A program made the translations under genes and the position numbers. Below, piece after piece: positions 1-17,277 of a DNA stretch of 64,000 nt (position 1 is the first letter of the stretch; each line of letters opens with the position of its first letter). Source of the DNA: the human T2T-CHM13v2.0 reference genome, Homo sapiens; NCBI RefSeq assembly GCF_009914755.1, contig NC_060927.1. One strand, 5' to 3'. Under the pieces are notes generated by a model that was given only the letters and a program-made list of their open reading frames with translations, was not told where the DNA came from and did not search any database.

Positions 1-19
1 GTTTCTTTACAGAGTTTCT

Positions 20-151
20 TTCTTTTTTCTTTCTTTTTTTTTTTTTTTAAAGACAGGGTCTCGCTATATTGCCTAGGCTGGTCTCGAATTCAGGGACTCA
101 AGTGATATTCCCACCTTCTGAGTAGCTGGGATTACAGGCATGCACCTGGCC
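20..151 (-). mobile_element. Alu monomer (FLAM-like) fragment
   Basis: T-rich tail then agacagggtctcgctatattgcctaggctggtctcgaa...gggattacaggcatg...ggcc. Confidence 0.85.
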
Positions 152-199
152 AGGTTTCTTGACACAACATAAGTAAAAATGAATACATAATCTTTTCTA

Positions 200-2220
<2,021 letters not shown>

Positions 2221-2243
2221 TGTACTTTCGTATGTTTCTGATT

Positions 2244-2540
2244 CTTTTTTTTGAAGAGCAGGGTCTCACTCTGGCACCCAGGCTGGAGTGGAGTGACACA
2301 ATCATAGCTCACTGCAGCCGTGAACTCCTGGGCTCAAGTGATCCTCCCCAACTTCAGCCTCCCAAGTAGCCAGGACCACAGGCATGCACCACCATGCCCA
2401 GCTAATTAAGAAAATTTTTTTTATAGAGACAGGGTCTTGTTACGGTGTCCAGACTGGTCTCGAATTCCTGGCCTCAAGTGATCCTCCCAACTCAGCCTCC
2501 CAAAGTATTGTGATTACAGACATGAACTACCACGTCTGAC
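2244..2540 (-). mobile_element. AluJ full length
   Basis: J-type diagnostics (atcatagctcactgcagcc, ctgggctcaagtgatcctcc); TSD tgtttctgattctt / tgtttcttgattctt. Confidence 0.92.
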
Positions 2541-3212
2541 CTGTTTCTTGATTCTTGAAATAAGAATAAAATGACTGATATCTATTTTTCCTGAGAAAAA
2601 TAAAAACACTTAAATGAAAAATTCCCTTATTGAGAAAATCCCTTTATCATTTTTCCCCTTGAGGGCTAAAGCCTCTCTACTGGAAAAGGAAGATAAATCT
2701 ATACAGCACTTGAGTGATTTCAAGAATGACACAAAAAGCTTATCTGAAAAGTATCAAGAAATTTTAAATGTTTTTTACATCCAGGAAAGCAATAACACGG
2801 TAAGGAAAAAAACAATCTCCAGGTGTCCCACAAAATGATAATTTTCCCCTACCCAAGGGCCCTCAAGTTTCTCTTCTAACAGTTTTCCAGTGAGACTGTT
2901 TCCCCAATGTGATGTTTCTCCCTGGTAACTCTGACATTGCACACAATCAGCTGTTTATGGATAAAAATTTTTACTATAATATATGGGTAACTGTTAAGGT
3001 AAACTATATATGAGAGAGTTATAAAGACATAAGATTTATGTATAATCTAGCTCACTATGGTTTGACATACTAATCTGATTTTTGGCAACTGCAAACCTTC
3101 CTTTCCCTCTTCAAACCATTCCATCCGGCTGCTGCAATGACCCACCATATCAAAATGGTTCTTGTAAATCACACTCAGGTCACCAATACAACCAAGTCTC
3201 TTCAGAAATCTT

Positions 3213-3513
<301 letters not shown>

Positions 3514-3519
3514 CAGAAA

Positions 3520-4770
3520 TCTTACTAGTCCTCTCAACAAGCATTCAACTCAAAGTGATCCCTTTCTTTTTCTTGAAACTCACTTTTGCCTTGGCATCTA
3601 TGACATCCATACTCCTTCAACCTCTCCAACTGCTCCTTCTCAGTGGTCTTTCCAGCTCACCCTCTTCCTTCCAAATGTGAAATGTTTTAGTTCTTCAAAA
3701 CAAGCTTTCTGCTTATCTCATTCTATATTTTTCTCTTTGGCATGAAGGGAAGCCCATCTATCCATAGCTTTAATTACTCTCAAGACCTCCAAAACCACAT
3801 ATCCAAACTGCTTATGTAATATATCCACTTCTGTAACACTTAAGGATCTCAAATACATCATATCCCACAATAAACTTAGGGACTGTGACATGGTTTGGCT
3901 CTGTTCCGCACCCAAATTTCATCTCAAATTGTAATCCCCATAATCCCCATGTGTCAAAGAGGGACCAGGTGAGAGGTGACTGGATCATGGGGGCATTTCC
4001 CCTCATGCCGTTCTCCTGATAGTGAGTTCTCACGAGATCTGACTGCTTTCTAAAACAATTTTCCTGCTCTTGCTCGCTTTCTCTCACCTGCCACCACGTA
4101 AGACTTGCCTCTTCCCCTTCCACCATGATTGCAAGTTTCCTGATGCCTCCCCAGCCATGTGGAACTGTGAGTCAATTAAACCTCTTTTCTTTATAAATTA
4201 CCAGTCTTGGGTATGTCCTTACAGCAATGTGAGAATGGACTAATACAATCTTCAACTTACAGCTTATGCCACAAATGGCACTCCTCTCCCCTCTAAACTG
4301 CACAAATGAGAGAACTGTACAGCTTTTTTCTTCTTTATCCTCTCTCCATATTTGGACAATTGACAGGCCCTACTGATTCAGCCTACTAAATACCTATCAA
4401 ATCTGTTCACTTCTCTCCACTTCCCACTGTCATCACCCAAAGGTCAAGACACCATCATCCTGTGGTCTAGCCTATCACATAATATCCTCCTAAGGAGTAG
4501 TTTCTCTGGGATCTATTATCTTCTTCTAATTCCACATTACAGCCAGCCTCTGTTTATTTAAGTAAATCTGATCATGTTTAAAGCATACTATTGGTCTTCT
4601 GCTGTTCTAAGAATAAAAATTAAAACAGGGTCCTCTATTCATCTGGCCCCTACCTTTCTTGTGTCTGACCTGTCTTCGCAATTCCCCACTCTGCTTTCTG
4701 AGCTCTAATCAAAGTGGCTTTCTTTCTATTCCTAAACTACCATGCTTTTTTCTTACCTCCATAATCATTT
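3520..4770 (+). mobile_element. L2 fragment interrupted by a THE1 LTR
   Basis: L2-like segments: atatccaaactgcttatgtaatatatccactt, ttcacttctctccacttcccactgtcatcacc, aaatctgatcatgt, tctggcccctacc. Confidence 0.75.
3886..4247 (+). mobile_element. THE1 (THE1C/D-like, ERVL-MaLR) solo LTR
   Basis: Begins tgacatggtttggctctg, contains gcctccccagccatgtggaactgtgagtcaattaaacctc, ends ggactaataca; about 360 bp. Confidence 0.92.
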
Positions 4771-5104
4771 TCTGCTGATTTTTTTCTACAAAACTTCCCC
4801 AAATCAATTCTTTGTTATGACAGCAAATGTAAAGCACTTAATACTCAAAAAATGGTATCCACTGTTGTATTAATCAGAATATATGTGAAAATTATTTTAA
4901 TAATAAAGGGTCTTCATAAAATCTGGGTGAAAAATAATGATGAGACTATGACAAAGTTAACATGGCATAATAAACACACTTGACAACACAAGGAAACATC
5001 CATATTTAATAAATTACAAAGGGTAGACAATAAAATTTTCAAGCATCATAACTATTACACTAACCAAAAAAAGATCATGTACCATTATGTGATGCAACAT
5101 AAAA

Positions 5105-5350
5105 TAGTACTTAAGAGTACAGGTTCTACAGCCAGATGAGCTGAGTTTTAATGCTGGTCTCAGCATTTCTTACTGTGAGAAATAAGCATGTATTTAAACT
5201 TCTACGACTTTATATTCTCATCTGCAAAATGGAAATATTAATAGAATATACCTCAGAGCCAAATGTTAAATGAGATAATTAATGTGAAGTAGGAATTTAA
5301 GAAAGAAGCCTAGCACAGTAGTATAACAGCTCAAAAAATGTTAGCTATTA
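5105..5350 (+). mobile_element. MIR SINE
   Basis: Core ctcatctgcaaaatggaaatattaatag...aaatgagataat and 3' ctcaaaaaatgttagctatta. Confidence 0.8.
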
Positions 5351-5383
5351 AGAACAGGAATGAGGAGGTTGATAACAAATGAT

Positions 5384-5457
5384 TACTTACATATTGATTA
5401 TACGTACATACTGATTATAATTATAACCATACTTACATATTGATTATAATTATAACC
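5384..5457. repeat. Short tandem duplication, about 2.5 copies of a unit up to 29 bp
   Basis: tacttacatattgatta / tacgtacatactgattataattataacca / tacttacatattgattataattataacc. Confidence 0.85.
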
Positions 5458-6163
5458 CAGTGTCTGGGCTATATATCCTAAATGAAAATATCCTTAAGCT
5501 GAACAATAAACTTGAGAAAAGGTGAAACAATGACAATTACTAAAATAAATCCATGGACTAATAACTACATACCCAATAATTTTCCTTAAAACTTTAGAAA
5601 ATATCAGAATATCTTTGGCATATAGTGCTTCCAGGAGGTTGGAAAGATCATTTATCAGGCTAAGTAGAACCCATATACTATGCAGGAAATTACATCCTAT
5701 AGGAAATCATCTGAGACTAAATTACAACCAATGAAGTAGAATATAAAAACTGAGAAGCTGCAACACTAACACAAAGACATGTCAATGTCAGTTAAATCAA
5801 AGCGGCAAAAAACTCACAGGCATTATGGTAACTAATGAAATAATTAATTTTTCTGGGTATCAAACTTTTTAAATAACACCTTTCTAGTATAGAATGGTTT
5901 TCTTTCCCTAGAACGCAGGGCAGTGAGAAACTTCAAATTCTGCATTTCAAACTTCAGAAAGATTGGCAATGTTTGCCCATTTTGTAAAATAACAGATTGG
6001 GGTCACTAACTCCTCCCTCCCCAAAAAGAAAGTTTAAAAAATTATTTTTTCTGGGTTTTCTTTTGCAGAGTTATGAAATTACACATTTATATACACTGTA
6101 ATATTTAAAGTAGTCTATTTCTCAAGTTTCTTAGGATGAAACAGCAAATGAGAGCAGGAAAAC

Positions 6164-6457
6164 TTTTTTTTTTGAGACAGAGTCTCACTCTGTCAACCAG
6201 GCTAGAGTGCAGTGGCGCAACCTCAGCTCACCACAACCTCTGCCTCCTGAGGTTCAAGCGATTCTCATGCCTCAGCCTCCTGAGTAGCTGGGATTACAGG
6301 CACGTACCACCAGGCCAGGCTAATTTTTTTGTATTTTTAGTAGAGACAGGGTTTCACCATGTTGCCCAGCTGGTCTCAAACTCCTGACCTCAGGTGATCT
6401 GCCTGTCTCGCCCTCCCAAAGTGCTGGGATTACATGTGTGAGCCACCATGACTGGCT
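6164..6457 (-). mobile_element. AluS full length
   Basis: T tail then gagacagagtctcactctgtc...ctcctgacctcaggtgatc...; complete dimer. Confidence 0.95.
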
Positions 6458-7708
6458 GAGGGAAACTGTTTCGTGGCTTCCACAGATTAGGTTTTAAACT
6501 TCCACTTTATGAGGGAGCCATCAATGAAAACTGATCAATTACCTCTAGTAAGAGCAACATCCTCAGGAAGCCCTATGCACAAATTAAAGATCTGAGAGTT
6601 GATCTAGGAAGTATACATGAAAAATACAAAACAAAACAAAAAAACCATTGTCCTAATTCCAAAATAAGCTGAACACCATATATTTATGACACTTCCACAT
6701 CTCACTTTTCTATCAGCCAGTTATACACTCGGTACACAACTGGTACTAGCATCTAAGCATATTAACACTAAATAATTGATGTTCCAATGATGGCACCTAT
6801 GCAGTACAAGACCTAAATTAAAGCAACAGCAGTTACTGTAAACACCATCTAAATATGACGTATGTAAAATTAGTAAAATGGCTGGATATGTAGGCACCAG
6901 TGAATTCTTACCAAACACAAATGAGTTAGAATCCCAAAACGTACAACAGATTTTTAAAAACAATGTTTACTAAAAAGTATCCTGACTTCTAACATTTTAA
7001 ATTAGTCATGTCTATTTCTGAACTTGATATAAGCCCCCCAATTTCCAGCTACCTCCTGAAAACAAGTGCCCTATAATAAGAGCTCAGCAGTGAAGGCTAC
7101 ATTAAGCCCATAATGGACTTACCAAATCTGATAACTCTATGTTGAGTCCCCTTAAAAGAAACCCATCATCAGCTTACTCTTCATATAAAACTGTAAAAAT
7201 GCACATCGGCTTTCTTCCCTTTAAAAAAATTAACTAGGGTATAAAAGATGAAGGACCATTCTCTCAGAAAGCATACTTTTTTCATGACTAAAATCATTTT
7301 CCTAATCAGGGTCCTGTGGCTTTTTGCCCACCCATACGATGTCACTATTATTCTGCCACAATAAAATGATTTGCTTTTTTTATACTAGCTGCAACTTACA
7401 CTTTAATTTCATATACACTGTATTTCAGAAACATGGTTTAGGTGCTCTAATTTGAGCACAGAGCATTAACACTACTTTTATGCAAAGAAACGAGAGAATC
7501 AGACTCAGAATTAGTGACAAATTCAGCAGCTATCTCTTCTGGATTTGGCTGTCAATTAAATATCTAAAAAGAATAAACAAGCACTACAGGTTCCAGGAAC
7601 ACGAAGTGTTCTGCTGCAAGAGGTCTATTTCTTAAAGTGTCATCTTAAAAATGCAGGTGTAATTTGCATTTCAATCTAGAATACCTGTCTTATTTCTCTC
7701 TTTAAAGC

Positions 7709-9040
7709 TTAAATCTCTATTCTTGTACACCATACACGAAAAAACAACTCAAAAAGGATTAAAGACTTAAACATAAGACCTGAAACCATAAAAATCCTTG
7801 AAGAAAGCATGGGAGAAAGCTCCTTGACATGGGTCTTGGTAATGATTTTGTAGATATGACAACAAAACCATAAGCAAATAAAGCAAAAATAAATGAGTAG
7901 GACGTCAAACTGAAAAGTTTCAACATGCTCAACAAAATGAAAAGATAACCTATGGAATGGGAAAAAACATTTGCAAGCCATATATTCATCAAGAAAAGCT
8001 AATATCCAAAATGCAAAAGGAACTCATACAACTCAATAGCAAAAACCTACAAATAGCCTACTTTTAAAATGGGCAAAGGACCTGAATATACATTTTTCCA
8101 AAGAAGACCACACATTTTTCCAACAGGCATATAAAAATGTACTCAACATCACAAATCATCAGGGAAATGCAAGTCAAAAGCATGAGATGTCATCTCAAAC
8201 CTGTTAGGATGGCTATTATCAAAAAGTCAAATGATAACAAGTGTTGGTGAAGCTGTGAAGAAAAGAAACCACTGCACACTGCTGCCGAGATTGTAAACTG
8301 ACAGAGCCATTATGGAAAACAGTATGGAGGTTCCTAAAAAAACAAAAAAAAACTAAAAATAGAACTACCATATGATCCAGTAATTTCATTTCTGGCTATA
8401 TATCCAAAGGAACTGAAATCATTATCTTAAAGAGATATCTGAACATTCACTGTAGCATTATTCACAATAGCCAAGATATAGAAACAACCCAAGCATCTGT
8501 CAATGGATGAATGGATAAAGAAAATGTGGGGGGTGTGTGTGTACATAATGAAATATTATTCAGCTTAAAAAAGGAAAGCCTGTCATTTGTGACAATGTGG
8601 ATGAATCTGGAGGACATTATATTAGTTGAAATAAGCCAGACACAGAGAGACAAACATGTATGATCTCATTTATAGGTGGAATCTAAAGAGGCAGAATTAA
8701 AAAAACAGAGTAGAATAATAGTCACCAGGAGCTATGGTAAGGGGGAATGGGAGGATTTTGGTCAAAGGTTACAAACTTTCAGTTGTAAGATGAGTTAGTT
8801 CTGGAGATATATAGCATGGGACCTATAGTTAATAATTTGTAAACATGGAATTGTTGAGAGTAAATCTTAAGCGTTCTCACCACACACACAAAAGATCGTT
8901 ATGTGAAGTGATGGTTATGTTCATTAGTTTGACTGTGGCAATCACTTCACAATGTATACATATATCATGTTGTATACCTTAAATATATACAATTTCCATT
9001 TGTCAATTATACCTTGATGAGGCTAGGGAGAGGAATAAAT
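7709..9040 (+). mobile_element. L1MA/L1MB-type 3' fragment (ORF2 end and 3' UTR)
   Basis: ggattaaagacttaaacataagacctgaaaccataaaa, ctaccatatgatccagtaat, UTR tacaaactttcagttgtaagatgag...ttgtcaattatacctt. Confidence 0.9.
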
Positions 9041-9609
9041 TATCCTCACCAGGTGATGAAAGTTTTGCCCAGGTCATGATGCTAATAAACCAAGCCTGGG
9101 AATCAACGCTGGCTGGCTGCCTTTCATCTCCAGAAAAGCTGCTTCAGTGCCTTATTCATCTGACATAGCTTATCTCAGAGCATCCCTGAGTGTGGACCTC
9201 TGATTACATGTACATACTTCTTTCAAATAATCTGTAACTTACCTGTAAGAAACTCATGCTCAATATTTTCTATAGTTAAAAAAAATGTAGACCAATAATA
9301 TGCCAAATGGCACCCCAGTCATTAATTCATTTAGCAAGTATTAAGTTGTTACTAGTGTCTGGTCTTCTTCCAGGTAGATGACAGCAGTTGGAATAAGTTG
9401 AACCTAAGTTTTCTGGGGTTTTTTGTTTGTTTTTGTTTTTTGCATTATTTGACTATTTGGTTAGTTCTGAAAGCATCATCACAATCAAGACAATATATTT
9501 ATCTTAAACCACAAAATTTCCTTTTATTCTCTATATTTCCTTTCTCCTGCTCCTCTCTGTCATCCCCATCCAGGAACAAATTGTCTGCTTTCTATTCCTA
9601 TAGTTTATC

Positions 9610-10050
9610 TTAATTATCATTATGGATCTTTTCAAACATACACAAAAGTAGAGAACACATAAAGATCCCTCGCTTATCACCCAGCTTCAATAATTACCAA
9701 TAATCAGCAAATTTTATTTCGTCTAACCCTTCTCATTATTTCTTTCTTTGCTACTTTCTTATTTTAGGCAAACTTTTTACTAGAGTGTAACAGTCATAGA
9801 GAAAAGTAAATAAATCATAATCATAGCTCATTAAATTTCCACAAAGTCCATCAACTCACGTAACCAGCACTCATAATCAAGAAATAGAACATTATGAGCA
9901 CTTCCTAAGTGCCTCTTGAAGCCTCACCTGATCAGCATGTCTAACTTCTCAAAAATAACCACTATCCAGGCTTCTAATACCACAAATTAGTTTTCTCTTT
10001 TAACTACCTTTTTATCAAGGAAAATTTAAAGCATATAGAAAGTACACAGA
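9610..10050 (-). mobile_element. Two short L1ME-type 3' terminal fragments
   Basis: aaacatacacaaaagtagagaa...atcacccagcttcaataattaccaa and gtaaccagcactcataatcaagaaatagaacatt are antisense L1ME termini. Confidence 0.6.
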
Positions 10051-11212
10051 AGGTACCCTCACTATATTTTAGAAGTAAACATACTGAACTGTAATAGATG
10101 TACAGAAAAGTATACAAACCGTCTAAGTGCCGTTTGAGGAATTTTCTCAAAGTGAACACACCTGTGTAATTAGTAGCTCAATAAAGAAAGGGAACATTAG
10201 ACACTGCAGAAGCACCTCCACCCCTTTTCTCCATCAGTGATCACTATCCTAATTTCTAACACAATTAATTTTGCCTTATGAACTTCACATGAATGGAATT
10301 ATATAGTATATATTCTTTTGTGTCTTTTAGTCAATGTTATGCTTGTAAGATTAACCCACAATGATGGGTCCAATATTCATTCCATTCATATACCACAATT
10401 GATTCATTGTGGTAGATTCTTGATGGAAATCTGGGTTGTTTCCTCAGTTTTTGGTGACTACTAACAAGGCTGCTTAAATGTTCTTATCCTTTGGTGAAAA
10501 TATGTATGCAATTATATAGGGTATATAGCTAGGAGTGGAAATGGCAGATCATAGGGTTTGTGTATGTTCAGTCTCCACAGATTACCGAAGTGGATGCACC
10601 AATTTACAGACTTGCCAGCAGTATGAGAGTTCCAACTGTTCCACATCCTTGTGAGTACTTTGTACCACCTGTATTTTTCATTTTGGCCATTCCAGGGTAT
10701 ATGCAAGTGGCCTCAGAGTACAGTTTTATGTAATTTTCCTGATGGTTAATGAAGCTGAATACCTTTTCATACATCTAACCATTTAGATATCCTTTTTGTG
10801 TTTCTGTGAAGTGTCTATTCAAGCACTCTGCCCACTTTTCTACTAGCTTGTCCTTTAACAGATTTGTAGAAATTCTGTACATATTCATCAGGCTTGGTTT
10901 TTCACCTTCTTGATGGTGTCTTTAATGAACAAAAGGTCTTAACAATAATGTGACCCAAAATACCAATTTTTCCATTATGATTAGTACTTTCTATATCCTG
11001 TTTAGGATTTTCCCCCCATTCCAAGTTGTGACATTATTCTCTGAAGTTTTCTAATAGAAGTTTCATTATTAAAAAAAAAGAAGTTTCATTATTTTACCCT
11101 CATATTTAGATCTACAATTCATCCAGAAATGATTTTTGTATATGGTGTAAGATAGAAAGTCAAGATTAATTTTTCCCCCTAGACCTAGCAACATTCATTA
11201 AAACATCATCCT

Positions 11213-11650
<438 letters not shown>

Positions 11651-13874
11651 TTATAATATATCTTGATATCCAGCTTAGCTCCATGCTTTTCCATATATGT
11701 TTTAAAATCAGTTTGAAAGCTCTCCCCTCCCATTCTCTCCCCTCTCTCTCTGACACATACGCATCTGCTGGTATTTGATATTTTAACTGAAATTGCATTT
11801 AATTCATAGATCAGTTAGTAGGATAGACTAACATTAGTCTCATAATCAATGAATACATTATATCATTCCATTAAGTTTTTTCATATCTCTTTATAATGTT
11901 AATTTAGAAGTCTTGCACATCAGGTCAGATTTATTCCTGGCTATCTGATCCTTTTAAGTTATTTTAAGTGGTATCATCATAACATGTTCATGTTCTATTC
12001 ATTGGTATACATAAAAACACAATTTTTGAATACTGACCTTGTATACAGTGATAACTGATGAATTTACTATAAATTATCTGCAAGTTATTTTGAATTTTCT
12101 ATGTATTTAAAATAATTTGTGAGTGATAGTTTCCTTCTTTCTTTACTTTTTTTTTGTTCTGGCCTTACTGCACTGACTAGGACCTCCAATACCATGTTGA
12201 ACAGAAGTGGTGATACCAGGCATCAATCTCAGGGGGAAAAATTTTAGTATTTCACCATTAAATAATTCAATAGTTGTTATAGATGTTTGCTACATAGTCA
12301 GATAAAATAAGTCCCCTATTATTCTAGTTAAGATGTTACTAATAGGAAGATGTTAAATTTCACCAAATGTTTTCTACCTACCTACTGAGATAAAATTTCC
12401 CTCCTTAATTTGTTAATTAAGGGTGAATTTGATTTGCTGATATGTGAATATTAAGCCAGTTTTGATACTTGAAAAGTTGATGTTGTCATGATAAATTATA
12501 TTTAAATACTGCTGGATCTGACAGTTAATACTCTACATAGAACTCTTAAACCCATGTTGATAAGACAGAAATAGGTCTGCAATTTTCTTTTCCTGTCATT
12601 TCTTTCTTGGGGTTTGGGTCAAGTTATGATGGTTTCATAAAACAAACTGAAAAGTGCTTCCTCTCTTTCTGTTTTCTGGGAGAGTAAGACTAGCATTATT
12701 TTTTCCTTAAACATCTAGAAGAATTCCAGGGAAGCCACCTGAGCCTGGAGATATGTGAAAAAAATTTAAATTTAGATTCAATGCATTTAGTATATACAGA
12801 ATTAGTCACAGAATTATTTCACTTTTGGTAAACTGTATTATTTTAGGAACATCCATTTATCTTATTTTTCAATTTTTGAAACAAAGTTTTAATCTCTCTC
12901 CCCTTTCTTATGACTATGTAGATCTAAGTGATGTACACATTTATGTTCCTAATAATTACCATTTATATTTGATAGTGGGCTGAGGTTTGCTTTATGGCCA
13001 AATGCATGATCTCTTTTGACAAATGTACCTACCATGTACACTTGAAAATAATGTGTACTTGGTTACTGTTGGGTACATGGGCTATATATGTCACTCAGGT
13101 CATGGTTGTGTTATTCAGATCTCACAGATTATTCTATCTCACAGATACTTTGGTCTCTTGTACTATTGATTATTGATAAACACATTATCATAGGTAACCA
13201 CTATGTGACTCTGTCTACTTCATTTTGTTCTGTCCATTTCTGCTTAACAGACACACGTTTAAAATTTTTTGAAAAATCTTCTAATGAAGACAACCCTTTA
13301 TCATTATTAAATGTTTCCTTCATTTCTAATAATGCTTCTTGCCTTATTCTCTTCTGTCTGACATTAGCTTAGCAACACTTGCTTTTTGTGGTTGTTTCAT
13401 ACACTGCATTTTTTTTTCATTATTTTATGTTCTGCCTTACTAATCCTTACATATAAAGTGTGTCTCTTGTAAGAAGCATGCCATACGGTTCTGTTTTGAT
13501 ATGAATCTAACTCTTTACATGAAAGTATTTAGATTATTTGCATTTAATGTACTTTCTGATCTGTTTTGGATTAAATCTTTATTTGTTTTCTGTTTGTCCC
13601 ATCTGTTCTTTGTTCTTTTTATTTTTCTTTACTGCTTTAAGACTCAATCAAGTATTTATTTTTCCATTTTTCTGCCATTTGATCTTGTTAGATTTTATAA
13701 TCCTTTTAGTGATTATACAGAAATGAATTATTACTCTCTAATTTCAATGATTACTATTACCACTTCCACGACAATACTAGGATCTTGGAGCATTAATTCC
13801 ATTTACCCGCCTCACTATTTTTGCTATTGGTGTTACACATTTTCAGACTACAAATATTTTAAGCCCCACAATAA

Positions 13875-14333
<459 letters not shown>

Positions 14334-14401
14334 TGAGACTGCTGGGAACAAATTTACTCAGTTTTTCTTCACCTGAAAACATTTTAATTTTACCTTCGTT
14401 T

Positions 14402-14431
14402 TTTATGACTAGTTAGGGAACTAGTCATAAA
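14402..14431. repeat. Perfect 13-bp inverted repeat with 4-nt loop
   Basis: tttatgactagtt-aggg-aactagtcataaa. Confidence 0.95.
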
Positions 14432-14803
14432 GGGACAGAATTCTAGGTTAGCTTTCAGCATTTTAAAGATGTCATTCCATTTTTCTCTGACATTCCATTT
14501 TTTTCATTTCTAATGAAAAAGCAGCCACTCTTCTTACTGGTTCTTTGAGGATAATTTGTCTTTTTTTTCCCTGCCTGTCTTTAAAATCTTCTTGGTCTTT
14601 AGTTTTCAGCTGTTTCAAATGATGTGCCTCCTTGGTTCGTTTTTTAAAAAAAATTTAACCTGCTTGGGATTAATAGACATGGCTTGATATTCTTCATCAA
14701 TTTTGTAAAGTTCAGCCACTGTTCTTTCTCGTATTTATCTGGGATTCCAATTATAAATATGCCCAGCTTTCCTCAATTAGAATTCCATTTAAAAAAAAAA
14801 ATC

Positions 14804-15095
<292 letters not shown>

Positions 15096-15104
15096 TTAAG
15101 CCCT

Positions 15105-15414
<310 letters not shown>

Positions 15415-15975
15415 TTAAGCCCTAATGCTCTAAGACATCCATTCTATGCAGTAAATTATCCTTTCCTACTAGTCATGTACTACCCTTGAGAGAAGTGAGG
15501 AATCCCAGTAAAGATTGTGTCCCATGTCTCTTTCTCTGTTTTCATTTTCTCTGTGATATTTCCTACTGATGTCTTTCAATTCATTAATCTTCTCTTTTGT
15601 TGTCTCTAATCTTCCATTAAACTTATGTGCAATGTTTTTTATATCAGTTATTATGTTTTCAGTTCCAGAACTTCCAGTTTTTTTTTTTTTTTTTTTTACA
15701 AACTGCAATTCTCTGGTAAAATTATTTCTCTTTTCATCTATTTTCCATACCTTTTCCACTATTTTCTTAAATGTCAGTAACAGTTTAAAAACTCTACTCT
15801 GATAACTCTAATCTCTGAATCACCCATGAGTTTGTTTTTATTATCTATTTTTCTCTTGGCTTTCTGTCATTCTGTTCTGTCACTTAGCATGAACTGTAAC
15901 TTTTATTGGATGAGAAACACTGTATATGAAAAATTACAGGGACTGGATTATAATTTCTTCTTTTAAAATAGGTTT

Positions 15976-16290
15976 GGCCGGGCACGGTGGCTCACGCCTG
16001 TAATCCCAGCACTTTGGGAGGCCAAGGTGGGCAGATCACCTGAGGTCAGGAGTTTGAGAACAGCCTGGCCTGAACATGGCGAAACCCCGTCTCTACTAAA
16101 AATACAAAAAAATTAGCTGGACGTGGTGGCGTGCACCTGTAGTCCCAGCTACGTGGGAGGCTGAGACGAGAATCGCTTGAACTCGGGCTGCGGAGGTTGG
16201 TGGTGAGCTGAGATCACGCCACTGCACTCCAGCCTGGGCGACAGAGCGAGACTCCGTCTCTATTAAAAAAAAAAAAAAAAAAAAAAAAAA
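15976..16290 (+). mobile_element. AluS full length
   Basis: ggccgggcacggtggctcacgcc... with long A tail. Confidence 0.95.
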
Positions 16291-16827
16291 GTTCACCCTT
16301 TCTTCTCCAGAGCACATACAGGGGATTACGCCAATTTCAGACTAGGTTATTTGTGGCAAATCCACAACTCTGTGGTTTTTCAAAATAAGGAAATGCTTCT
16401 TTTCCTTCCCATTTCTCTCTACCCTCAAAAATTTTTATTTTTAATAAAAACTGCTTCCGGATGTCTAATGTTCACCATGACTTCATAAATCCCTGAAATA
16501 TTTGCAGAAGTATTATACTCATTGTTTTTTCATCTCAACTGTTTCCTCCTCTTCTGAAAACTGCTCTTGTCTTGTTACTCATTTCCTATTCTGCCTCCTT
16601 CACCTTCCCTACCTTTATAGTGTTCCTTCTAGTCAGTGACAAGCAAAGTACCAAAAACTGTAATACAATTACAATAGTAGTTCTAAGACTTTATATAACC
16701 TATTCTCTCTAATAGCATCAGGTCCCTTAATTTTACTATGGACTTTTAGATTATTTAATGTGAATGAGGGTCTTCACTTACTGAGATCATACTGTTAATT
16801 TCATATATACTGTGGTAACTGCATTTT

Positions 16828-17277
<450 letters not shown>

